Part shown: positions 13,611 to 27,399 of the stretch, piece by piece
Layout: every line of letters begins with the position of its first letter
Numbering within the stretch: the stretch's first letter is position 1
Source of the DNA: Camelus ferus
Lineage: Eukaryota
Assembly: GCF_009834535.1 (NCBI RefSeq)
Contig: NC_045697.1
Coordinates: 29,638,001 to 29,702,000, forward strand
Reading direction: 5' to 3'
DNA: 64,000 nucleotides
The notes under the pieces: model-generated
Told to the model about the DNA's origin: nothing
The model's input: the letters and a program-made list of their open reading frames with translations, nothing else
Database searches by the model: none
Translations under genes and position numbers: made by a program

Positions 13611-13927
13611 TACTTTAAGATAATTCCATCTCAGACAGGAGTCCTTTTTCTACATGTAATATAAGGATCACAACTGACCTGCTTTGTCTCAAACTGCCCC
13701 AGAAAACTGCCAGGCAGCCAGCCCGCCAGCCCACTGCAGACCAGGTCAAGCTCTTCCAGACAATACAGACTCTGAACCAGACCAGAAGCGTCACATAGCA
13801 AAGCTGGAGACCGGCAATCACAGCTTTGCAAAGGGCTCTCTGCAGCTGACCTTTTACTGTTTTCTACATTCCTTGTCTAAGACAACTGCAGGAAAAGAGT
13901 GGGGAGATGATCATCTGCTGGGTATTT

Positions 13928-14274
13928 ACCCTTGTTCATTCGGGATGCTGTGACAAAACACCACGGGCCAGGTGGCTTATCAACAACAGAAACTGGCTTC
14001 TCACAGTTCTGGAGGCTGGACATCGAGACCGAGGTGCCGGCACAGTCACCTTTTGGTGAACACCTGGTTCATCGCCGGTGTCCTCGTCCTCGCTGTGTCC
14101 TCACACGGCTGGAGGCTCTTTTATAAGGCCGTAATCCCATTCATGAGAGCTCCACCCTCATTACTTAAGCACCTCCCAAAGTCACCACCTCCTCAGACCA
14201 TCATCTTTGGGGGTTAAGATTTCCACCATCTGAATTAGGGGGTGGGGTGGGGGACATTCATTCAGACCACAGCA
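13928..14274 (-). mobile_element. MaLR solo LTR (MLT1A-like)
   Basis: ttctcacagttctggaggctgg, taatcccattcatgagagctccaccctcat, ending attcagaccacagca. Confidence 0.9.
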
Positions 14275-15009
14275 GTACTTAACTACGAATACTACCAGGT
14301 GAAAGTACTAGAAAAGCAGTAGATAGATGGGAGTCTCAAACCATCCTGGGGATGAACACCTTGGTCCCTCCCACTGTCAAATGCTTCAGGGCTCCCATGG
14401 CAGGCAGTGCACAGAAGCTCGAAGCTCCTCAAATAGGGAGTACAGAGTAAGGGTGGAGGACAGTCGGGAAAGTCCAAGGCTTACCTTCTACCTTCCTTCT
14501 CTAAGTAGCTGCTTGGGGGTGTCTGATTCCCTCAGCAACCAGATACCTCCAGGAAACTCACAGCAAGTTGATGGAGTGCATGGCTGGGCCACATACTTTG
14601 GCTATAAAATCTTGGACAGAATCCTAAATATGCCGTGCATTTTTCTTTCTGCCTCTGGGGATCTGATTAGGTATTTTCCTCAGGTAAAAAAGCTTGAAAA
14701 CCCCCATCCACGGACAACCTCCTACCTCCTACTTACTTATCAAAAACCTAATAAAACTGAAAAAGGGAAAAAATAAAATAAAATAACAAAATGCCACTTC
14801 TCCAGATTAATCTACGTCCATATTAACCACTCTCTGCTTGGAGATTCCAAGGCATCCTATTCATGTAGTACTTCTGGCCTCTATTATCTCATTAGTTACA
14901 ATAACAATGAAAGATACACAAAGAGAGGCATAGAGACCTTCCTACAGGCCAACCACTTTACAGGCTGTGCTTTATTGATACAATTATACCAAGAAGTTTG
15001 AGAAAAAAG

Positions 15010-15219
15010 TTTAGATTCAGATTTAAATTAGTAGATGTGAGACTTAGATAAAACCATTTGATCTCTCAGCTCCTGAGCTTCTTCGTCTGTAATATAAACA
15101 ACTAATAAGTCGTTCATAGGACTGCTCTGAGGATTCTCCCCACCCCTCCCCGATCCCATCAAATGCTGAGGAAGTGCTTAAGTCCTTAGCACCCCGACAA
15201 GCTCAATAAAATGTTAGCT
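15010..15219 (+). mobile_element. MIR
   Basis: Degenerate core and 3' end gctcaataaaatgttagct. Confidence 0.6.
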
Positions 15220-16656
15220 CTCCCAGGAGGGCTTGTATTCTGACTATCTCTCCCCCCGGATATTTCATTTTATTCCCTCTAGCAACTACCACAGTAGACT
15301 TCCCTAATACCGTTAACAAGCTCATTTGGAATTTAACTAAATTGCACTGACCTAGAAAATTAATTCAGCATCTCTTATCACACTCATAAATGAATGTCTC
15401 CTGGAGATCAGTGGTCATTTCTAATCCAATTTTAGAATCATCGAGGACCTAAAGTCATGGTTGGAACTCCCGACTTCTTATTTCTGAGATACGTCTTTGG
15501 TAAAGTCACTAATTACTCACTTCCTTTCCTAGGCACTGCCACCGTCATGCTTTAACCAGACATCAGAAAGAGCCACAGCACTCACAAACTATCTGCAACC
15601 TTGAATCTTCAGGAAAATCACCCTTGTGAAACCAAGCATGAAGTAGTCACCGAGATGCTAAGATCTGCCCTCAAAGGGCCTCAGCAGCAGAAGGAATGCA
15701 GGAAAAAGTATTTTCTTTAACTCTTACAAAGGGCACACTAGCAAATTGCACAGAGCCATTTCACAATGTAAGCTAGACTGATGTTGCTATTCATTTTCTA
15801 AACAAATTACTGGCCTGGATACTGTCTATGCAAAAATATCCAATAGACCATTTTTGTTTATAAAGGGAACTGAAGATCAATTCTTATTTGAGCAGATAAT
15901 AATCTACTTGGAAATTTCAGAAGTTCTGAACAGTTATCATGTCATGCATATAGATCTTATTCGGACAGTATAATCAAATCAAATGTTTTATTCACTACAG
16001 GCGACTATGGGACTGAGAAACTACGCTTGTTCTTCTATCAGTAATTACACAAAAATAAACAATGACTGTATGTCACTTGAGTATAGTACCTTTGAAGGCT
16101 TTTAAAGGAAACCCAATACCTCACAGAGCATTTAATATAAAAAAAATAAAGACAGGCAAAAAATCAAAAGGTGTAATATTCCAAACTCTATTAATATGTA
16201 TATTTATCATAAACATCCTCATTAGAGGTTTACACAAGAATGTGGTTTCTTCTAATGGAAGCAAGTTGCAGACACACTCTGTTCTTGCAGTGGGCTCACC
16301 GAATGTGCTAAGTTGATCTGATTTTGCTTCATCTGCACCCAAATGATTATAAATAGGCTGCAGCCCTCACAAATGTAATTGTACCACAGCTCAAACTGCA
16401 GTGGCTCAATCATTCCAAACCCCTAACTTCAGTCAGCACAGGGCTCTCTGTTCAAAGTAAAGGGCAGTCAAGAAGCTACTCTCACCCAGCGACATTTGTC
16501 TTACGGAGCTGAAGCAAACTAAGACCAACAGGACCATATCCTCCCAGAGAATCATACAACACTCCACATAGGGTCATTCATCATTCTGCAAATAGGTCAC
16601 AAAGATTTTTAAAAGGGCACCAAAGAGAAAGAAAAGATTGAAAGGAGTGACTGGGT

Positions 16657-16681
16657 TAAAAAAAAAAAAAAAAAAAAAAAA
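16657..16681 (+). repeat. Poly(A) run, about 25 nt
   Basis: Direct observation. Confidence 0.95.
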
Positions 16682-18004
16682 CAACTCATGATGTGCACTT
16701 CCAGGATCCTAGAGGAAGACACGAAAGCTTACTTACTGTTCTTTTAAAGGAAAATAAGAGTATGCCATGTTGCCCCATGGATGCATTTTTCTGAAGTGAC
16801 ATTATCAGCAAAAGGAGTGCAAGGAAAGCAAAGGCCAGGTAACAAGCACGTCAGTTCCATCAAGCTGGTCTACCCAGGTGGAAATGAGAAGATTACAAAG
16901 AAAGAGCAGGAAGCAGATAAGCCATCCTGGAGAACTGAGCCCTCCGGGAACTGGGAGGCATGGCTTGACCTACTAATGGAACTGCAGAAAACATGTTCTA
17001 AATCTAATCGCGTCATTTCATTACCTGATTCAAGTCCAAGGGCAGAAGTCAGCTTTTTAGCTGTATGGAAGAGAATTGTCTCTGAATTTCGCCAACACTA
17101 AATTTATGTTTTTTTACATTACAAATAAAAGTAGTTCCCCAAACAAAAGGATAACTTTACTAAAAAACAAAATAAAGGAAAATGGCCAACTAGACTCCGA
17201 ACATCACAATAAAGCACGACTATTTTTTCCTTTTTAATCTTTATGCATTCATAATTTTTACAAAGTTATAACTAAAGAAGAGATATAAATTTGCAGTCTT
17301 CATGTTTCTAATTATTTTAATGTCTGCACAACAGTCCATTGAGAACCACACCAACAAAAAGACAAAAACAGCACAGGTAAATATAAAAATGCAGCTAGGA
17401 TTTTAATATTACAAAAAATGTCCAATTTCCATAAAACATAAAACCATACTATAATCCCAAAACCCAAGACACTTTAATTCATAGATTTTTCCACTTAGTA
17501 AAATAACCTGTGAGATTTATCTTTTTCTGTATAAAAGACCCAATTCATGTAACCATTAAAGAAAATTCTTGAAATAATATACCAAACGTGTAAATCCTTC
17601 AGTCAGTAGTTAGTGGTAATAATTAAGACAGAGGTAATGAAAAAAAATTTAATCTTTTTTATTCAAATGGTAATGTGCATAAAAATGCTTACCACTTTTA
17701 TGAAAAACAGAGTACTTTTTTGACTTAAAGTAAGGTACATGGTAACCTAGAAAATGCATCTAGATTGATTTGCATTCTCTCCTACCACTTTCAGATTTCC
17801 ATCGTTATCCCAAAGAGAAATACCCAGAGACTAATACTTTTAACAGAGTGACTCAAACAAGAATGGAGGGGGAGAGCAGCAAAGGTACAGTAGTATAATA
17901 AAATTAAAAAGAGCTATAATGCAGCATAAGTCCATTTCCTGAACAAACCGTTTACATTAAAAAAAAAAAAAAAAAAAAAAAAAACCCTGCATTGCAAAGA
18001 TCTA

Positions 18005-18600
18005 AGTGAAGCATGGTACTGACATAAGGAATAGAACTGAAGAGTACAGAAAAAGACCCTTACATTTATGGCCAATTAATTTTCTACAAAGATGCCAAAA
18101 TAAGTCAATAGGTAAAGGATAACCTTTTCAGCAAATGGGACAACTGGATAGTCATATGTTTGAAAAAAAATAGAAAGAAAAGAAGAAAAGAGAAAAAAGA
18201 AATTGAATATATACCTGAACCTCATATCATACACAAAACTTAACTCAAAACGGATCATAGACCTAAATGTAAGGGCTAAAAGAACGGAAGTCTCAGAAAG
18301 AAATATACAAGAAAATCTTAGCAATTTTTGGTTAGGCAAAGATATTTGAAAACATCAAAAATCAGGAACTTTGGAAGAAAAAAAACCCGATAAATTTAAC
18401 TTTACCACAATTAAAAATGTTTGCGCTTCAAAAGACACCATTAAGAAAGCACAAAGACAAGCCAGAGACTGGGAGAAAATATGTGCAAATCATATATCCA
18501 ATAAGGGACTTACAGACAAACAACCCAATATAAAAATATGCAGAGTTTGAATAGGTTTATCCCCCCAAAAAGACACAGGAACGGCTAAGAAGCTCACTGA
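18005..18600 (+). mobile_element. Old L1M ORF2 C-terminal-region fragment
   Basis: atggtactgacataagga, tatggccaattaattttctacaaag and agactgggagaaaatatgtgcaaatcatatatc. Preceded by poly(A) at about 17959-17983. Confidence 0.85.
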
Positions 18601-18769
18601 CTGAATATCTAGCTCAATTACGAGGGGATAAAATTTCATAAATACTATCTTTTATCCTTTTCAAAAATCTACATAATAGGATGATTTTATTAGAAGCACC
18701 ATAACATGCTACTTTGTATTTCTCGTATCACAGTAAAGTTTTCAAATCACTGTAAAAAATAATGCTAAT

Positions 18770-19615
18770 AACATCCATACTGGGCAAGAAATAAAACTCT
18801 CTCTAGTCACAGATGACATAATCTGGTATACAGACAATCCTAAGGAATTCATATACACAGTAAAAAAACTATCAGGACTGGTAAACAAGTCCAACAAGGT
18901 AGAAGAAAACAAGAGCAATATACCAAAAAAAAAAAAAAAGTTGTATCTCGGGGGTGGGGGGTGGGAAAGGTACAGCTCAGTGGCAGAGTGCATGCCTCGC
19001 AAGCACAAGGTCCTGGGTTCAATCCCCAGTACCTCCATTTAATAAATAAATAAACACAACCTAATTACCCCCCTCAAAAAACAAACAAACAAACAAAAAG
19101 TTGCACCTCTGTACACTGGCAATGACTACTCTGAAAGTGAAATTGTAAAAATGATTCCATTTATAAAAGTATCAAGAAGGAAAAAAATACACAAGAATAA
19201 ATTTAACCAATTAGTGTAAGCTCTGTTCTCTGAGGACAACAAAACACTGTTGGAAGAAATTAAAGACCTAAATCAATGGAAACACATCCCATGTTCATGG
19301 ATCAGAATTCTTAATGTTGGCAAGACAGCAATATTTCTCAAACTGATCTGGAGATTCAACACAATCCCTGTCAGAAGGCTGGTTCAAAAGGCCCATACCA
19401 TGTACAACACAAAGACTGAATCCTGGTGTAGACTAGAGGCTTTAGTTAGTAGTAATATATCAATATTGGCTAATCAGCTGTAACAAATATACCCCACGAA
19501 TGCAAGACGTTCATAACAGGAAACCTGAGGGTGAGGGGGCTATGGAAACTCTACTTTCTGCTCAGTTTTCCTGTAACCTAAAACTGCTTCCCCAAAATAA
19601 AGACTATGAATTCTT
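18770..19615 (+). mobile_element. Old L1M: RT-region fragment joined to an L1MC-type 3' UTR, with a SINE inserted
   Basis: Reads SLVTDDIIWYTDNPK (decayed FADDMI..ENPK) and EIKDLNQWKHIPCSWI. 19400-19615 matches an L1MC 3' end. Confidence 0.85.
18950..19094 (+). mobile_element. tRNA-derived camelid SINE (Vic-1-like)
   Basis: A box agctcagtgg, B box ggttcaatcc, and an (AAAT)n/(AAAC)n tail. TSD aaaaagttgtatctc (18935-18949) / aaaaagttgcacctc (19095-19109). Confidence 0.9.
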
Positions 19616-20239
19616 CCAAAGTCAAACAATGTCAATTATTAAAAAAATTTATAATAATAATCCTAAAGCCTAACATTAAGAAGAAGAAACAAATCTTTAA
19701 AGCTCATGACGCACTCAGAATTCTGCTCACACCAGAAAGCCAGCTGACGTTCTGGTGAGAAGAGCAGCTGTTCCCCTGTGGTGTTAAAATAAACTCTGGA
19801 CAACTTTTTGATAACCTCTCATTTGGCTGCTCCTGAAACAATTGTGTTTACAGTAAATACCAAGATCTACTACTGGTGAAGCTCTGAAATTATCTTCCTT
19901 ATCTGCAATTAACTATAGGCTCTGGAAAGCCTCCCTTTCTTTCACTCAAAAAGCAAGTAACTGAATTAAATAGACTTCTAAAAACGTTCCTGAAGATTAA
20001 ATCCTGTTTCTCCCGTCAAATAGCAGCGCTCTCTGCTCATCTCTCCCCCACCAGCAGAACTCAACATCTCTTCTACTCCCGCAGAACCTGGCGCTTACCT
20101 CTAGAGATGTATTTTTCACACTGCAGATCAGCTGGCCCAGTACTGATCGGGCCTATCCCCTACACCGTGAGCCCCTGAGGACTGGGACTGTACCACAGTC
20201 ATAGCATGCTAAGACCTCACACCTGAAAGGCATTACCAA

Positions 20240-20750
20240 TCGGGGTGTTTCTGGATGTAAGTGATGGACATCTAATTCAAACCAAGTGGCTCACCTGCCA
20301 GGAAAGTGAGACTAGTTACTGGCTCTAAGGGCTGCTGAATCTGGGGCTGTAAGTTTTGGGTGAAGGGCAGGTATATGTGTCCATGTGTCCCCCTCACCCC
20401 CATCTCTTTGCTTCCATCTATCTCCCTGCTCTGATTTTCTCTCTGTGTTGACTTCGTTCTCAGAAAGGCTCTCCCTACATGGTACAAAGAGGGTCACAGC
20501 ATCTCCAGCTTAACAGACTCACAGAAAGGAAAAACCTCTTTGCAACCGATTCAGTGAAAATACCTCAGTAACGGAGCCCTGGGATCCTGACTAGCCAGGC
20601 TGATGTCACATGCCCAAGACAGAGGCAGCGCAGTCACCTCCTCTAACGACACAGGCTGAGAACAAAGCAAGGGTGACAGGTGCCCAGGGGAAGTCTGGGA
20701 GATTTACTGAAAGCAGGAGGAAAAGGATGCTGGGTGGGCAAAGCCAACAG
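20240..20750 (-). mobile_element. Old MaLR LTR (MLT1J/K-like)
   Basis: ctctgtgttgacttcgttctcagaaaggctctccctacatgg...gactagccaggctgatgtcacatgccc. Confidence 0.65.
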
Positions 20751-23614
20751 ACATTCACTGCTTTCCAGGCTTTCAAGACCGCCGGCTCACTCCTTTCTAG
20801 TATTTATTCACTGCTTATGATGTCATTCTGAGTTACCAATATCCAGTAGAAAGTGTTTGCAGTGCCCATCCCAGTATGATATTCTTTCTCTTTCATGTGT
20901 GGTTAATACAGTTTCCTTCTCCTGGTCCACAGTGAGGCTATTTTGCATTTAGTTATATTCCTATTATTTTTAGGACATTTCTTCTCATTTGTCCTGTATG
21001 AGTATCTTAATGGCAAGTGCACATATTGCTGAAAATGAATGTATGGCTAGCTTTTGTTGGGGGTAGATAAGAGTAAATAGAAACTTGCCAAGCACACCAA
21101 AGGAGCACAGACAGAAGCATCCCCAACCCCTGCAAAAAAAAAAAAAAGACAACAAAAAAGGCAGGGCTCCAAAATCCACCCTTCACAGTGTGAAACAGAA
21201 ATGAGGGCAAGTCTCTGAAAAGTACCAGTACAGGTCCAAGCTTTCTCAAGGACATGGCTTTGTCTCCAAAATCAAGCCAAGATCATGGAGGCTGCTATGG
21301 GTGACCTCTGGCTGTGGCTTCTTATACATTTGTTAAGCTTAAGACCTTCCTCTCTTTTCTCAGAGAGAATGGGACAGAGGAGAGGGAGAAGGAAGAGAAA
21401 GAAAAGAAGACAACCATACACTGTACACACAAGCTCACCTGGATCCATTTGCCACCTGTACGACACTAGGAATCTCCCATGTAACCGGGAATGATTATTT
21501 GAGGTTGTCTCAAAATCGCTTTATGGAATGAACCAAACAACTTTCCCCATCTGACCCAATCCATTTTATCCAGCCTCTCTTATCTTACACCAACCTGATT
21601 TTGCTTAAGTCACTGTCTGTCTCAGGCTTTCACAGGAGCTTTCTTTTATGGATTTTCCATCCAGCAAACATTTCTGTTCCACGGCTGGGCAGGTCCAACC
21701 ACAGCATGCTTGGCCCCGGACGGCAACAGCTCACTCAGTGCAGCTCCAACCTGGAGGGGAAAGGCCGGGAGCCATTAGACGGGTTCACACTCACAAACTC
21801 TCTCTCTCTCAAGATTGTATGTTTGGCAGGATAACCCTACTGTCTGCCAAACATTTAACATCATTAGTGAACAGAGACAACGGTTTATAAGGTGTCCCAA
21901 AGACAAGCTTGGGCTATTCTGAGGGGAGGGTTGAGGTATTTAACTATTACTGAAAAGGTTTGACCAAACAGTTAGGCTCTGTTTGTGGAAAATTTAAAAG
22001 CCAGATGTTTTAATTAACCACAGAAAGCATGAGCTACAACTAAAGTTTCATGAACACCCTGATCTGCCCTGTGGAAAACCACAGGAATGTCCTGGCAAGG
22101 CTCAGTCTGAATTCTTGGGACACAGAGGGCTGGAATCATTCCCCTTAGGAACTCAAACAGAAAATTAACTTGCTCAATATGTTTAAAAAAGTAAAATGAA
22201 ACCCAGATTTAATCTCTATCAAATATAAAAACATTTCAGGACTTCAAAGGCACCACCAAAAGACACATAAGGGAAAGGTCATAAAAAAATTCCAGTGTGG
22301 TTCAGGATTTAGAATGTATTTTCAATGCAAAGTGAGTGGTGTAACAGAAAAATTTATAGGTTGAATAATCTAAAGGGGAAGCTAATCATCTTTCATTTCC
22401 TAATAGAGAAGAATGATATACGAAACCAATATTCAAGCAAGTCATAAATGTTATCAAATGTATAATATATCCGGGCAAAAGGAATCACTTAACTAACCTA
22501 CTTCATGCCAAACCTGTGGCCTAGCCCACACTAGCTACTATGCTTTAGTAAGAGTCAAAGCATCCAGAAAAACAGTGCTAAAATAACATAGGCTCACTGA
22601 TATTGCAGCCAGCAATTCGGAAACAGAAAACTCAAATGAGGGAATCTTATAAAAGCAATTAGTGAACAATTAAGAACTAATGGGTGAAGAAGAAGTCTTT
22701 GTTAATTATAGTAAGAGTTATGACAACATCGATATATACCAAATATTGAAAGCCTACTCAAGAAGGAATGAGATCTACGTTATGTTCTGATACTGGGTCC
22801 ACAATTCTATTTCTGTACGTCAAAGCAGACCCTGTCACAAGTGTGCCAAGCGTATTACATTAAACGCCACCTTCATTTAGAAACTCTGTCCCAAAAATCA
22901 TTTCAAAAGGAACATAGCAGGGAAAAAGCAAGATATCAAATTACACATGTGTGGTATAATCCCAGTTTTGTTCTACAAACTGAGTGCATATAATCTAAAG
23001 ACACCAAGTATGAACAAAAATAGCTATTTCTGGGTTATGGAATTAGAAATTTATGTATTAATGTCTTAGTGTTTTCCAAGTTTTCTAAAATTAATATGTA
23101 TTGTTTGCAGAGTTAGAATATTTTTAAGCAAGGTTTTTATTATTAAACAGTATGGGAATACAAATCAGAATTGGCATATCTATATTAGCCTGATCAGCGG
23201 GTTTCCTCTTATCTGAATAAGAGAATAAGAGGTAAAATTTTAAAATCTTCATTTATCTGTATTCCGTAATCCTTAACTTAGAAGTTCAAAACCCAAGTGT
23301 CCAATAACACTTCCAGGGCTGAACAACAAGTGATTTCCTAAAAACAAAAAATCTTTACTTATTATTTTGAAAACTTGCCACAAAGAGACAAGAAAATCAC
23401 TGTCATTCCCCTCCCTTAACTAACGCATCCAAACTTCTCTTACCACTGGCCATGCCATACAGCTGTCACTTAATTTAAAAGAGCACCTCCTGGTGTCACT
23501 TACATTTTTACAGGAGCACAGCCCTCAGTGAACACTGTCACACTCCATTTCTGATACTCTTGGCATCTCAGAAAACACAAAACACAATGGTGGAATATTA
23601 ACGCTGGGGTACTT

Positions 23615-23779
23615 GGCAATCCATCACTCTAAGAAGCCCAACCTCCTCAGTTTATAAATGAGGACACTGTCACCAGAGAAATGAAATGTCTCTCTCCCAA
23701 AGCCACACAGCTGGTGAGGCAGGGATGAGAGTCCAGAGAGCCTGGCTCCACTGTGACCAAGTGCTCTTTCCACCACTAC
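23615..23779 (-). mobile_element. MIR
   Basis: ttataaatgaggacactg...cccaaagccacacagctggtgaggcag. Confidence 0.7.
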
Positions 23780-25834
23780 AACAGCTCAGCATGCACTCCC
23801 CGAAATACAAGTTTGTATGAACCACAAGCACATGTTAAATTCTTATCAGCAAAACCAGTAGAACAAGACAGAAGTGTATTCCATCGAAAATGAAATGCAT
23901 GCAGGAGAAAAAGCGGAGACTCAAAGGCTGGCGAAAATAGACGTGGCTCTGCCCAGAACACGTTCTGTCAGAGAAACAATGGTGGCAGTGTGCTCAGGCA
24001 GCAGGTGTCCTGAACAGAAACTGCCTGTCACACCGAAAGCTTTCTGGTCCTAGCACTTGCCCTGTTGATAACAGCACAGACCCACTGCTCAAAGCAGGAC
24101 AAGAGGTTTTCAACAAGAGAAAGCTAGACCTCCACCTGTGAGCCACCTGCAAGAGACAAGAGGGATGTGTTCTCACCCCAGTGCTGGAGCATGTGATCCG
24201 TGGCATCACATCTGGGCCTCTTCCTCTCAATACGACTGAAGTATTAGGGAAGAGACATTAGTGATTTCAAAAATTTAGAAAACAGAGCAGGGATCATTTT
24301 GTAATATGCAATAATAGCACCTGGAACAAACATAGGTCAATTATACTTCAATACAACACTGTTTAAAACAAAACAAAAAAAAAGCATCACTAAGAACTAA
24401 AATAAAATAATCCTACTGCTTCATATCTTATGCCTGATGCAACCCTAGGGGTGAGCAGCATTTTGCTCTTTTCCTCTAAATGATGCATGGGAAACCCTGC
24501 TCACCTCCACTTCTTTCTCAGCATCTACCTACAGCGCGCACACCACACCAGTCAGAAGCCTGAGAGTCCCAGAGAACGACAGCAGCCTTAAGAGCAAGGG
24601 AGTGAAGAGGACAGATGGCAGCCACAAACTCAGACACGCTCCCGGAAAAGCCTTCACTGAGCTCCCTTCTCACCTGCCTTTGCCTCTCGAGCAGGAAGCA
24701 GGACCACAAAGGCACGAAGTGTGAAGCTGCAACAAGGGATGATGTGACCTCGCTTTAGGATTGCCAGGACAAACACAATGGCTCTGTCCCGCCTCGACTC
24801 AGGAGTCAGGCACCCAATGAAAGGAGAAAACGTGTTTTTTCCACCCCAAACCATTCCTAAAATCCCCACCATCTACTTCCATGGCTGGACCCTGGAGGAA
24901 AGACAATACTGAAAGTTTATTCATTCCTTTCTGTGCCTCAAATCTAATGCTAGAGGTTAACGTCCACAGAGGGCAAAAGGAATCAGATTCTTGTCACTAG
25001 CTCACAATGAAATCAGAGCTGGCTGGTGAGTATTATTCAAGTAACTCTTTAAAGGCATTTGTAAGGTAATGACAGTGAGTTTAAACTGAGCAATCTGGTA
25101 GAATGAACTCTGACCTGCTAATCAAATTGGGCACAATCTTGCTACAGTCACCAAATTATCTTTCTCAACAGAGACTAAACAGAAATTAGAATTAGATCAG
25201 ATTCATTGATTTTTGAAGTCCTTTCTTACTTGGAACCTTGGCTGTGTGTTGTTTGGTTTTTAGTGTCAGTGAATGCCTTCGGTACAATGTGCCCTCAGAT
25301 ACTGCCACCATCTGAGAATCTTAAAGGTGTGGCCAGCATTTTTTTCCCCCTATTTTAAAGTCACAGGTAAAGTTTCCCTTTCTTGAGCCTGACTCCAGAA
25401 ATATCAGCCAAACCAAATCAATACTTCTGAAATTCCTCTCTCAAAATGATCAGGAGGACCAGACAAGAATACATCAGAGAACATTCCTCTCGTGGTGTTG
25501 GAAATTTGATTTTGAAAACTTAATTTCAGAGTATTGATAAATTCACATCTTAAAATGTTTGGGAGAGGAGAGTATAAATTGTTTGAAATAATGAGGATTT
25601 TTTTTTTAATTACTCATCACCCGCAACTAAAAAGAATCTATTATGAACAACCTAAACAAGCACCCAACATAGGCTGTGGAAACATGATGACTATTTGGAA
25701 AAGATTTCGATTGTAACGTCCCCTGTCATGTTCTCAAGTAAAGAGGGTTTCAACAGCTGCAGGGGAAGAAAGGGAATTTATGCTTACTAATGTTTTAAGG
25801 CTGTTCTGGAAAGAACAAGAGACAAAGAAATCAG

Positions 25835-26030
25835 TGGATTCAGAGGTTGTGGTCCGGGCTCTGTTATTTACCACCCGAGGCTTTCTGGGGTAACTAATTT
25901 ATGCTCATTAACCTTTGTTCCATCATTTGTAACATGGGGGTGATAGTATAAGCCAACATCATGAGACTGTCAACCAATGAAACCAAATATATGGCAGTAT
26001 ACCATCATATGAAAGGCACTCTTAGGTATG
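25835..26030 (+). mobile_element. MIR
   Basis: ttccatcatttgtaacatggggg core. Confidence 0.55.
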
Positions 26031-26769
26031 AGGGATTACAATCTCTGTGTGTTCTGGCATGGAGAAGACGGCCCCCACCCACATCTTTCCCCCCACCCCA
26101 AGGAAAAAGAACGTATGTTGGAATCCATCCAAACACAACATCAGTTAACAAGGGGAATATCGGTTATTTTAGAAGCATTTCCTGCAGACATTTTTTTTAA
26201 GGATAAAAAAAAGTTGAATTATTTATTTTAGAAACTAAACTGAAGTTCAATTTTAACATGCCAAATGTCTGCCTTCACAAAGCTTTTAAAAATCTATTTT
26301 AAAAGGGGTGGGGGTTGGGGCCTGAGAACTAGGTTATCCAGAATACAGTCAACCAAACTGTCTAAAAATTCAGTATGGGATGGAAGGGAAGGGGATGAGG
26401 AAAAGGGGGAAAAGAGAAAGGAAGAAAGGTGCAGGAGTGATCTCCAGGAGTAAAAACCTGAAAGCTCGCATACTCCACACTATCAAGAGCTCATGTTCAA
26501 AATACACCACAGCAAGGAAGAAAGGAAACGCCCAGGTGAAAAACGGACCAAAATGCTACTCAGCCCAAGAGCGAGGGTTCCTAAACCTGGCATTCCTTCA
26601 AAAATACAAACTCCAAAGCCCAGGTGCTCCGATGCACTAGGGCTGGGGTAGTGTCCACTAATCTGTATTTTCTTAAATGGCCCCACGATCCTGATGCACA
26701 TCGTTCCCATGGCTGGGAACCACCGATTCACTGTATTTCCTTATTGAAAAGAAGTATTGGAATGTTTTT

Positions 26770-27160
26770 ATTATAATAATGAGTAACTGTTTTGCTAAGT
26801 GCTCTCCACTAATCCTCACATCCATCCTAAAGTAGGAACTATTATTACATCTATTTTTGAATAGGGAAACTTGCGGCATGAAGAGGTCAAATAACTTGAC
26901 TGGTGTCACACAGCTTTTAAGTCAGGAACTTGGGATTTTTGCCCAAGTCTTATCTGCCCTGTATTTTCTTAGCACTCTGATCGGGTGAACTTCAGCAAGT
27001 CTGTTTCCTACTCTCTAGTCTGAGGATGTCATATGACTAATCATCTTAATAATATACCACAGGCATTAATATAGAGCTTAAATCCCAAAATTCAGTAATA
27101 AATTGTGTGATTTGAGATAATGTCATGAAAATCGTATATAAAGTGTGGTCTATTCAGAGT
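26770..27160. mobile_element. Two adjacent MIR fragments (minus, then plus)
   Basis: gaggtcaaataacttgactggtgtcacacagct (minus), followed by a plus-strand 3' part. Confidence 0.55.
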
Positions 27161-27399
27161 ATTCGGGAGGTATCTGGTCAAGTCAGCAGTAATTTTAATC
27201 ACCTTCCATTCCAACTTAAGATCAGTAAAGTACAATTCTGATCTCAGTGAACATAGACTCCTTCACCAACACAAGACATTTACCTGGAAAAAAGCTGGAC
27301 ACGGTGAAGCCAGGCTCAATAGGAATTACTGCCAAGGGCTTCACACCTTCTCACAATGTTATGCTTCTGTTAGTGTCATTCCATCTTCCTAGACTGCCC

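Noticed and set aside
18960..19036. tRNA gene
   Set aside because: The A/B boxes belong to a SINE with an A-rich tail and TSD. The same applies to 44735-44806.
21437..21560. Minus-strand exon ending at CAG|GTGAGC
   Set aside because: All three frames hit stops shortly upstream, and no good acceptor was found.
23504..23566. Minus-strand exon ending at AAT|GTAAGT
   Set aside because: Weak GAG acceptor and a stop in the ATG frame. No support.
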